From Styela clava (Eukaryota), in the NCBI RefSeq assembly GCF_964204865.1, contig NC_135264.1, forward strand, positions 10,726,001 to 10,790,000: a DNA stretch of 64,000 bases, given 5' to 3'. Below the pieces are notes generated by a model, which made no database searches, was not told the DNA's origin, and worked only from the letters and a program-made list of their open reading frames with translations. Positions 14,021 through 26,400 of this stretch are shown here, piece after piece. Both the position numbers and the translations under genes were made by a program. Positions within the stretch are counted from its first letter, which is position 1, and every line of letters starts with the position of its first letter.

Positions 14021-15418
14021 AATTCTAATCACATCAAATATGATATATTAATAAACGATGGCTAGTTCTGAGTACCCTCCTCATTCTTAAATTGGCGGTT
14101 TCATAGCATCAATCACTTTGGCATGACACTTGGGCCATCGTCCCTACGCTCGTAATGTACGAAGAAGGGTGCCTGCTTAGTGCTTATACGCATATCGTTA
14201 ACCAAATAACTTAGATAAGCATAGAAAGCATGTTTTTTTTTCAGTATAAAGTTTTGTCATCGCTTCCTTTAGTAAATGATCCACTGCATTAAACAAATGT
14301 CTTCATGCTGAAAGGTATTTCTCCAAAGCACCACACAACAAAATAAATAACTGACCACAGAACAACACATTCGCTAGAGTTACTCCAGTGCATACGGAGA
14401 TTCCATGGTTATTCGCTGGTCTCATGGTTCATGCATGGTAATTTCTAGTAATAATTGATAGTAGTTGGCTAATTTGCAGAATTCATATTGTATTTACCAT
14501 TAATATCAGTAATTTTGAAAATCGCCTCCCTAATCTGTCGCATTAGATGTTAGAACCTTGGGTGTCGCTGCTCGAAAACCAGTTTTGGATCCCCGCGGCT
14601 CCCCTTCCCAGTAATGTAAATTTCATTGTTTCCTTATATTTTTTGCATGATTTTTGTCTTTTACTGGCTGGAAAAAAGAAACTTGATTTGACCTCTTAAT
14701 TAAAAAACGTTGCTGCCGATGATTCTTGTGTAATTTATTGAACACGGAGTGGAACTATGGATCATTTTGTTATTATTGGACACGAAATAGAACTATCACT
14801 ATGGATCGTATATTTTTTAAAGGTCAGCCTCGCCAATAACAAATGACAATTATTTTACATTGCGATTAACTTTGGTCTAGTAACAAGTTTAACAAGCCTC
14901 GGCATCAATTAGCAAAGATCAAATATAATAACAATATGTCAATGCTAAAATATATGGACATCAACGTCAAATGATTACTATAATGTCAGCAAAACTCAAT
15001 TAAAATATACATAAGGAAAAATTGCAACGAATGTTATATGAAGGTCCGCCCCAAATATTAAACAATCATGTGCCAGTGATTATAATAACCGGCAACGTTT
15101 GGAGTGAAAAATTGGACTTCATAAAACTCAATGAGAACAAAAAAACGAGAGACGTTCAACGACTTTTTCCATCTTCAAGTAACGAGGAAAAAGACGAGTT
15201 TTTCACATTAAAGAACAACAACAACTTTGTATACAATGGGAAAGCTTTTGTACAATTACTGTGTTAGTAATTATTTGCTTTGGCATAAATGTTCTAAAAC
15301 AAATCGCCTATTCTTGTCGGGTTCTGAATCTATAGCTATTGATATCATTGTGCCAATTTGTAGTTCGAGCACCCTTGAAATATTATTTACATTTCATAAC
15401 ACGAGATCTGAACAAGGC

Positions 15419-16291
15419 CTAACCGCTATCCTGTGAAACAGCAGGTGCTGTAGATTTAGTAAACGCCATTGTCGGATAGGTGTATGTTAAAATGAACTTA
15501 ATATCCTGGTCAGGAATGTCTTCCATTTCTAATATTCTTTTAACGCTATTTCCCAATTCGCACATCGGCGCTTTCTCCTTATCAAACGCTAGCTTCAAAT
15601 ATTCGAGATATTTGGATGATGTCTTGAAAAGGTCTTTATACTGCTTCAATGAAAATTCCAAGTCAACTCCAAGGCCTTTTATCCTCTCTTTGGTGTCAGT
15701 TTTCAGCCTATCGAATATGCTATCGTAATTTTCAAATGAATGAAAAGAAGCATTCGAAGATTTGATTGTTCGTAAGAATTGTTTTTCAGCCTCTATGATA
15801 CTGACTCGTTTGCTTTGCGGTTCGTTTATTTTTCTGATAAAAGATGGACAGTAGCCGTATATTACGCAACATCCTCTTGGTTTTAAGACTCGATAACATT
15901 CAGTTTCAAATGTTGTCAGATCAAGCCAGTGTATTGCCATAGCACATGTAACAAGATCTACACTTTCATCTTCAACAGGAAAGAAATTGTCACGTACAAG
16001 ACGAAATTCCACATTTTTGTTAGGGTTGTGCTCGTTTGCATGTTTTATCTGAGAATCACTTACATCAATTCCTAATATAGATTCAAAGTAAGATGCAAAC
16101 ATGTGGGTACTTTGTCCGGCTCCACAGCCAACATCAAGCATTTTCTTCAGTCTTCCGTTCTCGGAGTTATTGTCCTTCTGTTTGTGGATGTATTTCATAA
16201 TTACTTCCGATATAAAACTGGGATACGATGGCCTATGTTGAACATAGAATTTCGTTATCTCCTCGCCATTGAAGAAATGTGAGTAAGCCAT
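15419..16291 (-). CDS. Class I SAM methyltransferase copy E, intact
   Basis: 290 aa ORF differing from copy D at only a few residues. Confidence 0.9.
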   Translation of the reverse strand: MAYSHFFNGEEITKFYVQHRPSYPSFISEVIMKYIHKQKDNNSENGRLKKMLDVGCGAGQSTHMFASYFESILGIDVSDSQIKHANEHNPNKNVEFRLVRDNFFPVEDESVDLVTCAMAIHWLDLTTFETECYRVLKPRGCCVIYGYCPSFIRKINEPQSKRVSIIEAEKQFLRTIKSSNASFHSFENYDSIFDRLKTDTKERIKGLGVDLEFSLKQYKDLFKTSSKYLEYLKLAFDKEKAPMCELGNSVKRILEMEDIPDQDIKFILTYTYPTMAFTKSTAPAVSQDSG

Positions 16292-16842
16292 CCTAAATCC
16301 GTTCGATAAATGAATAAATACAGAATCAATAATCTAATCACATCAAATATAATATATTAATAGTCGGTGACTAGTTCTGAGTACCCTCTTCATTCTTAAA
16401 TTATCAGTTTTATAGCATCAATCACTTTGGCATGACACTTAGGCCATCGTCCCTACGCTCGTAATGTACGAAGAAGGGTGCCTGCTTATACGCATATCGT
16501 TAACCAAATAACTTAGATAGGCATAACGGAAGCACGTATTTTTTCAGTATATATAAAGTTTTGTCATCGAATCCGTTAGTAAATGATCCACTGCATTAAA
16601 CAAATGTGTTTTCCATCTCCAAGTAACGAGGAGAAAGACGAGTTTTTCACATTAAAGAACAACAACAACTTTGTATACAATGGGAAAGCTTTTGTACAAT
16701 TACTGTGTTAGTAATTATTTGCTTTGGCATAAATGTTCTAAAACAAATCGCCTATTCTTGTCGGGTTCTGAATCTATAGCTATTGATATCATTGTGCCAA
16801 TTTGTAGTTCGAGCACCCTTGAATTATTATTTACATCTAATA

Positions 16843-18086
16843 CAGTGTTTCCCAACCCGAGTTCGCGGAGCGTTTGAATGAGTCCGCAACGTACCAGAAA
16901 TTCACCGCGGGCCGCAAACGTTTTAATTATCAGCCAGGTTACGATTTACGTTAGAATTTACGTAAAACATAAAGAGCAAGTTTATTCACAATAATTACTG
17001 GTTACTGAGTAGGGCTGGGCATATATTCGAATATTCAACTATTAGAATAGCAATTTACTATTCGAAAATTTGGTAACAGGTGACCCGACAGGTCACTTGC
17101 GCGTCGCTTAAAAATCAAACGATGAGATTTCACAACTCACTTGCAGATTTCCGACGAAAACACGAGTCTGCACACGCGTTTTTCTAGTAGATGTCAATGG
17201 TGGCATCCCAAATTTTCTAAATTGAAAAGCGGCAATATAAAATACTAAAAATAAAACGGAGAACACCATAAGTTCTGTTTTATGATGGTCCGCGAGCGAT
17301 CAAAAACGCTTTTTTAGACATTGCAAATCGTAAAATTTCGGGTGCTACCGCAGTATGCGCACCAAGACATTTCCCCTAGGATTCTTTGCTTTCCTGATTC
17401 CACATTGGTACGAACAGTAGTGCCGTAGGTGTTGTACGAACAGCTCAGATTTGTCGAATTCACAAAAATACGAATCAAAACAAAATATAATCGGACACTT
17501 GTCCACTGATTGTCATGATATTTTCTGAGTAGTATTGCTTTTATTTCGTCAACACAGCCGCAGATTAAAAATAATCACAATTAAATTAATAATAAAGCAA
17601 GGCGATGGATATGTATTTTTGATTTACTAAAACAGTATACTTTAAAAATATATTTTTATAAGTACTAAGTCAAGTTGTACTTTCTGAAAATTTATAGCAG
17701 ATGGTAGGATTTTTGTAACGGCGATAACAAATTCGCAAGATCGCAAAAAATATGTATCAAAACTAAATATAATCGGGCAATATATTCACACATTATTATG
17801 TTCGCAGATTGCCGTAGCATTTTAAAGAAGTAATACTTTTATCTTGTCATAAGTCGACGCAACCGCGAATTAAATTAAAATGGAAAGACATTTTAAATTA
17901 TCGTCCTTGTCATGGATTCAATATTGTGCGACAGAAAGGCCATTGTTGAAATTCGTTAAAATTCTGTTGTGTTTGGTTTTATTGCTTCTTTACACAAAGT
18001 ACGATTGAAATAAACGCAACTTGAGTCGGCAAAGATTTTCGCCGGTGAGAAAATAGTCCGCGACCAAAAAAGGTTGGGAAACGCTG
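16843..18086 (+). mobile_element. MITE family 1, copy 3 (different insertion site, more diverged)
   Basis: TIRs CAGTGTTTCCCAACC and GGTTGGGAAACGCTG; TCTAATA duplicated; the corresponding empty site is at about 8091-8110. Confidence 0.85.
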
Positions 18087-18114
18087 AATTCTAATAACAC
18101 GAGATCTGAATATC

Positions 18115-18406
18115 CGTTATCCTGTGAAACAGCAGGTTCTGTAGATTTAGTAAACGTCATTGTCGGATAGGTGTATGTTAAAATGAACTTAATATCCTGG
18201 TCAGGAATGTCTTCCATTTCCAACATTCTTTTAACGCTTTTTCCCAATTCGCGCATCGGCGCTCTCTCCTCATCCAGCCCAAGCTTCAAATATTCAGAAT
18301 ATTTGTATGTTGTCTTGAAAAGGTCTTTGTATTTTAACAATGAATATTCCAAGTTCATCTCGAGGTTTTCAATTCTCTCTTTGGTGACAGTTTTTAGTTT
18401 ATCGAA
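18115..18406 (-). pseudogene. Methyltransferase copy F, 5'-truncated fragment (C-terminal third only)
   Basis: FDKLKTVTKERIENLE...YTYPTMTFTKSTEPAVSQD matches the paralog C-termini; homology ends at an A-run near 18407; the paralog stop codon is lost. Confidence 0.85.
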
Positions 18407-20453
18407 CAAAAAAAAAAATTTGTGAAATCCGGGAACACATAGCCCGACGAGCGAAATATTTTGTTTAGAGCCGAGCTCTGCCCACTTGGTATGTCAGAGC
18501 TGCACTAACATCTTTGACTTTTTGAGCATTTCCCGTAGGTGAAGTTTTCGTTTAATAACTAAAGAAGACATTACTGTTGGTATGATACGAAACTCTTTGA
18601 GTACCCAGCATGATTTTATTGTAGTGTTAGCGTACGCCTGATTGTACTACTCTATTATCAGATCTCAATTAACAACCAGACGTGGCCCGTCATTTTGTTG
18701 AACAGTTGTTCCTTGGGTTAAAACGAAATTGAACACGTCAAATCAGCAACAATCAATGTATTTTTAACTTTTATATATTGCATTCGCTATACCGCGCTCT
18801 TGACACAGCTGTCACCAGGCGAAAAGTATTACGAAAGGCGCGATGTGGTGACACTAGAAACGTGAGTAATCCCGATGAGTTGGCAGGCGGTGTTTTCGTT
18901 AAACTTTCGCTGTCGAATTCTTCTAGATTGCGGAAATGTAATGGCACGTTTGAATAAACGTCTTATCAGCATAGAAAATTTTACAATTCATATGACCCAC
19001 TTGGCTCGATATTTGTCAATAAGGTTAACTGACTTTACTTTTCGTACCTCGCTTATCTCAGTAGTATACCGGTATCGGTACCCTGTTTTAAGTTAAAACA
19101 GTACTGAAAAACTATTTCGTCGTCGACTCCCGCTGTCATGTAAACTTTAATCCGTCTAACAGGGCGTTTATTTTCACGTATCGCCCTCATTTATGTCATT
19201 CCATTATAAAGTGATAAATACTCTTTTGACGGTGCGTGGTGCAGTTGCTTGCTTCGCAGTTTGTCTTCCGCACTCTGTGCTTCTGTGTTTTGCATTCGCC
19301 AAGAAAATACTTTCGATTCAATGAGGCGAGATTGTCATGTCACTGCATATCTATACTTCTAGGCCAAAGTGAAATTCTTGTTTATTTTTGTATTATTTAG
19401 GCATGACGTATGCGTGCCATTACACGTTTTTCTGTTTTTGCGTTTTTACACTCGCAAAATAATTCAGAGTCGTGATGTTGAGATGAAGGTATCAGTATAT
19501 GCCATATGCTGTTGTACGAAACGGAAAATAAAAACACATGAAAAAACAAAATGATTTTGCCACAGAAAAGACAGATTACCGGTACAGCATTCCAGTAGTC
19601 AGATATTACTACAGACTGCTGGACTGACAGACAGACAGACAATTTTGCAAGTAGTCTACTATATTCTGATATTACACGAGATACTGTTTGACTGAATTAC
19701 AGAATTATGGCTGTATCAGTAAAAGATATCAGTATTTATTATTTTTCTTGATTCTGATAAATGTCACAATAGCCAGCTGTGTGTTATGCTGAGGTCAAGT
19801 TAGATTAGTGTCTGTTGGTACAAAGGTCAGAAATTAGGTCCAGTATTGAATATTCAGATATTATCTGAGCTGCGCAGCCTTTTGGTAAATGTTATTGAGA
19901 GGTATTCCTGTAATAAGTAAGCTATGCAGTATCTTTTTCAACAAATGAACTTTCTCAGTGTTATGAGTCGAGAACCATTTCATTTAGATTTCTCAAGTCA
20001 GTTCAGCGCTTAAGGAGTCTTTGGTTGAATGGCAACCCCAGTTCTACTCAAGTCGAGTCGATGACTCAAGCCTCTGAACACTATAATCTTCATCCAAGTT
20101 TTGTGTCCTGATAAAGCCGAGTATCACCAGGAAAAAACAACCCTTGCAACCAAGCTTCATGAAATTGATATTTATCAAAAAGAAATATGCTCTGCAGTAA
20201 TTCCCATACTGTATATATTACAATGTTTGCTTATTACTGTATCACTAACATAATACAACTTTTCTACTTTCAGCCTATTTTTAGTCTTATACAGTACTGA
20301 ATAAATCTCTGATCTGAAATTAACATATGTAAAAAGTGAACCTAAAATTTTGGGTTCCAAAGCCTATTGTGTTGGTTTTGTGATAGTTTTTGAATCGCGT
20401 GCTGTATCTTCTATATCTGGATCAGGAGTATTTTCAAAAAGTAATCCAAAGAC

Positions 20454-23400
20454 ATGGAGTTGAATATGATAAGTGTGGTCATATTTGCTGAACATTTGAG
20501 GTGTGAATTATTTCTATTTTGATATATTATACTGTGTTTGACAGTTTAGAAGTGAATTTTACTTTGTCAAATTATATATGCTTAATTCAATAATGAGTTT
20601 TGAGATGAAGACAGTTGTTCTGCAATGAATATGAAGCTTTGCTTTAATTTGATTTATGCTAATAACGTGAAATTCATTTTCAAATTATATCACATCATTT
20701 CTATGATTTTGTATTGGAGTGTTAAGAAATTAACATTTTCCAGGAATCGGTTACTTTCTGCGAAACCCCCTCTTATTAAAAGTCGACGGCAATTGTTTCG
20801 AAGTTATCCAAATACTTTTGTTGGAAGTGAAGTTGTCGAGTGGTGGACGAAAGAATGGAGGTCTGAAATTGAAGAAAAATCAGGTGTGAATACTATTGCC
20901 ATAACATAATAGGTTCTTATCTTTAAATCTGACAAAAACTTGTTTAGCTTGAGACTGAAGCTTGAATGTTGATTCCTGGTAGAAGTTTTCAATACTTTGT
21001 TGTGCTGGAAGGAGAAACATTCCAACAAACTTGATTGTCTCAATGGAACAAATACGTAATTTGATATCGGTAACGTGCTCGTTACTATAGTATTTCTTGT
21101 CTCTTAGAAAAAAACAATAACGAAGCGACGACGTCAGAAGACGCTTTTAATAATAAAGAAGAAACAATAGATATTACAGAAGAACACATTACTCAAGTCA
21201 TGCAGACATTAGCTGATTTTGGAATTTTGCACAGTTGTAAGCATTACGACTATATTATTTTGACAAGATGGATTGGATTTATGCACGGAAGAAATTTTAA
21301 ATGATTCCCTTATTTGGAAATATAAAGATGCAGAATTGAAACTAGAAATTTTTTATGATATGATCATCATTTATTATGGTTTCAGCTGTGACATTGAAAA
21401 TATTGGATCTTTTCTAAATGTTCTTTTACATAGCATATTCATATTCTTAATGATCTTTTTTTCTAAACATATCAGATATTAGATAATGCTTATCCTTGAA
21501 AACATTTGATATGCAACATTTGCATTGTTTATCAAATTTTATCTGCTCAAGTTATTGATTTTAAATGTGCCCAGTTTCAATTATTATGCAATAGATTGTC
21601 TCAATTATTTTTTGAAAAAATATATTAATGGTTAAAAATTTTACCGATCTAAATATATGCCTAAATTTTGACATTTTTATCTAGGGTAAATAGAAAGTGT
21701 TTTTTGGTTCAATATTTATTGATTTTCACAGTGCATGGAGAAATTCCATTCAAAAATGACAGTTCTTTGTATCGATTTACCACGGACGATGGGTCAAGTT
21801 GTGGTCTGGTTGAAGCTTTAGTTAAAGGAAAACGGTTACACGAAACGTAAGTTAAACATTCCCTTTTCATGAAACAAATTTTTTGTCTAATTTGAGAAAC
21901 GAAGGATTATTCCTCGAAACTTGCCACTTTAGAATGCTACTGACATATATTAAATATACTTTAAATAAATAGAATGTAAGAGGCTCTATATTTTGGATAT
22001 ACATATAAATTAAGGTTCCATCTGTTTGAATTGAAGTCTTTATTTCGCTGTCAATTTGCACTCAATTCTGGAATTTTAGAACAACATGTCCAAACTGTGC
22101 TCTGCTCCAACGTGTGTGCGAGTATGGTGAATTTATTTCTGACCAATGCATGAGAGGATCGGACTTGATTGCTTGGACAATAGAACATGGACTTGCAACA
22201 CATAAAGACGACGCTAATCGTTTATGCAGACTTATGTTTGATCATGGAATAATTAAACCAGGTAAATTACCTTTGACTTCTGACATTTCATTTTTTGATT
22301 TGAAACAAAATTTTTTTATAGTCTTACGCATAAAGATCGGTTTTCTTTTATTTTATCTCAGTAGTCTTAGGTTTGTTTTTATCTTCTGACTTCTGTAGCG
22401 CATAAATGAATTTTGTTTGTATCAACCACTTGTTAACTAAGCTAAGCACTCTTAAACAGCTTGTCATATATGTCTATATTGTTTATAATGGTGATATGAA
22501 ATAACACATGCTAGTGTAATTACTGCGAGTACCAAATGTGTTTGACCTCATTCAGGTGTTATGGCATTGCTTAAGGCAAAGTAATTTATTTTCTAAATTC
22601 GTTGTTCAAAATATTATTGCATAACATGTGAAAGTGTTTTTCTCGCTCACACTTGAAGCTCTTAAGTATAATTTATAATATAATGGGGATTTTTATTATG
22701 TTGTTTATGGATGTTGAATAACCCAATTATATGGATCATATTCATGTTTATTTTTTAAATTTTGACAATAGCTCAGTGATTGTTTACCACCTGAATTATA
22801 TAAAGTAAATCTCTTCTGATTGCTGGCACAATGTGCCACCGATCAGTGCCTGGCGTTTGCTGTGATTTATTTTTAAGTAAATATACATAGCGGAAGATTA
22901 TGGCGACTTTACTCAAATCAAATATTTGACTTTTTATGAGATGTGATGCAACTATGTGTCCATTGTGTTTGGTAGTTATGTGGTTATGTTGTAAATTATA
23001 CAATGTGTTATCTGAACGCTTACATTGCATGGATGTTATCTATGATGTGTAAGCATGGCAGGCACTATGGTGACTGCTGAACTATATCGTGTTTGATTGA
23101 TGTTTTGAGATTTTTACAAAAATTTGCAATGCAACCCTATATCATCATATAATATAAAAATATCCATGAATTCGGAAAATACAAAAATGGTGGACATTCA
23201 TTCGAATTCAGTTTTCTAGCATATTTTATTTCATTTTCATTTAACAATTCACTATGAGCGCAATTTTTTCAACCCAGGAAAGGAATGTAATATTGCTTTG
23301 ATTATTATAATAAAAAGAAAATTGTAAACCTAAATGTTATTTTTTTTAATTTACCCTATTTTTTAAGTGAAATACCAAACCATTATACATTACATCTTGA

Positions 23401-26400
23401 TACTGGAATCACGAAAATAAGCCAATTTTACTGAAACAATATTAATAATAAATTTCAATCTAAATTTTCATATTAAACTCTGTTATTTATAGCAATTTCA
23501 TTGATTTCCTGTTTTAGTTTATGTCATGCCATGCATGTTACGGAAGTAACTCCAACCTGCGAACACTAATACTAAAATTACATTAATAAAAGTTTATTTA
23601 TGGAATGTCTTCCTTGTGGGAGGGATATTATTAAGCATAAATTCTATAAGACCAAAGGGTATGGGTAGAAGGAGATTTTCTGGTTCAAAGTTCTCACTAA
23701 GCCTGTCTTTCCTATGTTATGGTCTGTGCAACACAGCCCCAATTATTTCGTCCTACAATCAAAAATTTTTTATCATTCCTTCATATTATCATAATCCAAA
23801 TTGTAGGTGTGCGTGCCATGGAAGGTATGAATTATTTGTAAAAATTTTTCTTCAAATTCAGTTTTCCATCTTTTCTTTACAAAACGTCTATATGGCTAAT
23901 GTACTATGAATGGAAGTTATATAACAAAATCCAATGACGCATGTCAGATCCTATTTTATATGTTTTACTGCATATAAATAGTAATATTTTAATTATTAAT
24001 CGATGGGGCGTTTCATGGGAGGGTTCATTTTGATGTTCTAAAGCATTTTTTCAGTTTTTACCAATAATGAATTATATGAGTAATGATGAAGTTTCGATAT
24101 TTGATAACACTGGGAAAAGAATTGTGTCCACTGATTTTCCCTACTCCGCCATTACTGAGTTTCTCTTATTACAAAGCTTCGGGGGATAGAATTGGTAATA
24201 TGCAGCTGAGTGGTGAATTTCCCTATAATACTTCACCATTTTCTCCAATACTGAATTTTAGCCATGTTAGTTATTGAGAATCGCTATCCGTTTTATTTAA
24301 TAACATTATACTACACGCAAGTCGTTGACGTGTTGCGTGGCTATTTTGCGTGATAACGCATGCTCAATTATGGTAATGTAACATCATACGTAACACTGTT
24401 GTCTGCGTCACGCAGTCGTGTCGTCTGCTACTTATACAAGTGAGACATTTATAATTTTGCATGACTATGATGTGACTGTAACGAACGATTGACCCCGATG
24501 TGAGTTCGTGTATTTTGCTGCCGTGGCCGCTTTTGTTGTCATTATACTGCCACGTCCAAAATTTGATTATTATGGTTCCTCATAAAATGAAGACGAGCGA
24601 TGGGTCTTGGATAAAATATAAATTTTTTTAACTGATAGCCTGATAGGACAAGTATTTTTAAACAACTCTATCTGGCCATCCGGATGTTTAATTTACGTAA
24701 GAAAAAGGCATTCAATTAAAGGTGATATATCTGGGCTTGGCTGAACATGGCGTTAAACGGTGTATGACTAATCGGCCATTTGCAATATGACGTCATATGT
24801 CGTTCTCAAGAATATTAGCGTAACGTCTGGTCGAGTGAAAGGTGTGAGGTATACCGTATAAAAGGTATACCGTATTTCACAGATAGATATGAGGACCAAG
24901 ACAGCTCTGTCTATGCTCATTTGCTGATTTGGGTTTCAATCAAGTTTCGTTTGGTCTATATTTAGATTTCTTTACACGCGAAGTCTTGCGATTATATTTT
25001 TTCATATCAATCAATAGCATGTCGCGTTTCCGCTTCCTACTAAAATCGGGTCAAAGTTTAATATCGTTATTAAGTAAGAATTGCCATGTCATGCATGATT
25101 CAATACCACACATAATTCTTATCCCATAGTCGGCGAAAGAATACGTAAACTCAAAAATTTTTTCCATTTTTTAAAACAAGACTGTTTTGTACTGTATATA
25201 TAAGAAGATTAGGTTATAAAACAATTGTGAAAAGCTCAATTTTAAAGTGCTTGAACTGTGGATCAGTCATAAACACAATCAGGTTGGCACCACTTGGCAC
25301 TAAAAAGTTCATCAGCTTAAATTTCGACGTTTCGCTGCAACGCAAACGAAAGATCATAAATTGGCGTGGTTAATTTTACATAATTGTACATAATAAAGCG
25401 ATGGAACTACCTATTATAAATCAGTGTTAATCATTATAAGAATATTAAGCCAACAAATTTGTTTTTTTTTTAATTCCACTTGATAGACGAGACAAAAGTG
25501 GATGACTTGGTCAACCAATTTGTTACTTATTACCACAGAAAATGTTTGTGAGAATAACATAGTACTTGTAATTCTGTTTTACTTGTTTTTCACGGATTAC
25601 AAATTTAACTTACACTTTAATAATAATTGTTTAAAATTTGTTTTGACGGCGTTGGACTACTCGCTCGTAATGCACCTCTAAGTGCCTTATTGAGATTGCA
25701 AATATAATCCCAAAAGACTAATATTTATGTTTACAGTGTGTCTAATATTTTATGGTCCTAATGATATTCCAGAGGTATTAAAATTTTTTGATTTTATCAA
25801 CGTGCCCTTAAATTTGTCGAAAGATAGTGATTCCAATTTTGGAAAAATGTGCTTGTTTGTAGCCTTATTCAAAGCAAAAATTTGCACACCTAAAAATAAA
25901 TAGCATGAATTTAAATGAAATATTTTTTCATGTCGGATTTGATGTTTTTGTAACTTCGCCTTGTGTTCCCAATTCAAAAAATATGTTTATTTATACGCGA
26001 CGCTCGACTGTGTACCGATCGGTGTGGTGAATGTATTTTAGTATTACAATGGTCTGTGCTCCATTTGCGAAATTTGTTTTGACGGCAATCTGTCCCGTGT
26101 CATATTCCAGTTTCAGACCTCAATGACCTAACCCTAATCTGTTATTATAACAGACATTTCCGTAACTATAGAGTATCTATGATTCTATGGGAATGGATAC
26201 ACAAATCGAATCGAGTTTCGATAAAGATTGTGTGTGTTGCATTGTGAAATACACTTTGATCATAACATACAACAAAAACAAAGTGTGAAATGGGATTTGG
26301 AAATGATTTTGTTGTTTTTTACTGAGTGCCTTGTCTCTAACAAAATTGTTAAGGTCATTTTCATTTGAGCGTTTAAATGGCGCCCAACAAACGTAGCACA

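Larger units (their letters stand above)
6702..16610. repeat. Recent tandem duplication with a unit of about 3.64-3.66 kb (spacer + methyltransferase +/- MITE)
   Basis: Gene ends at 8124, 11761 and 15419 (offsets 3637 and 3658); spacers are near-identical. Confidence 0.9.

Noticed and set aside
26297-26318. miR-7-like TGGAAATGATTTTGTTGTT
   Set aside because: Seed region does not match and no hairpin partner is evident
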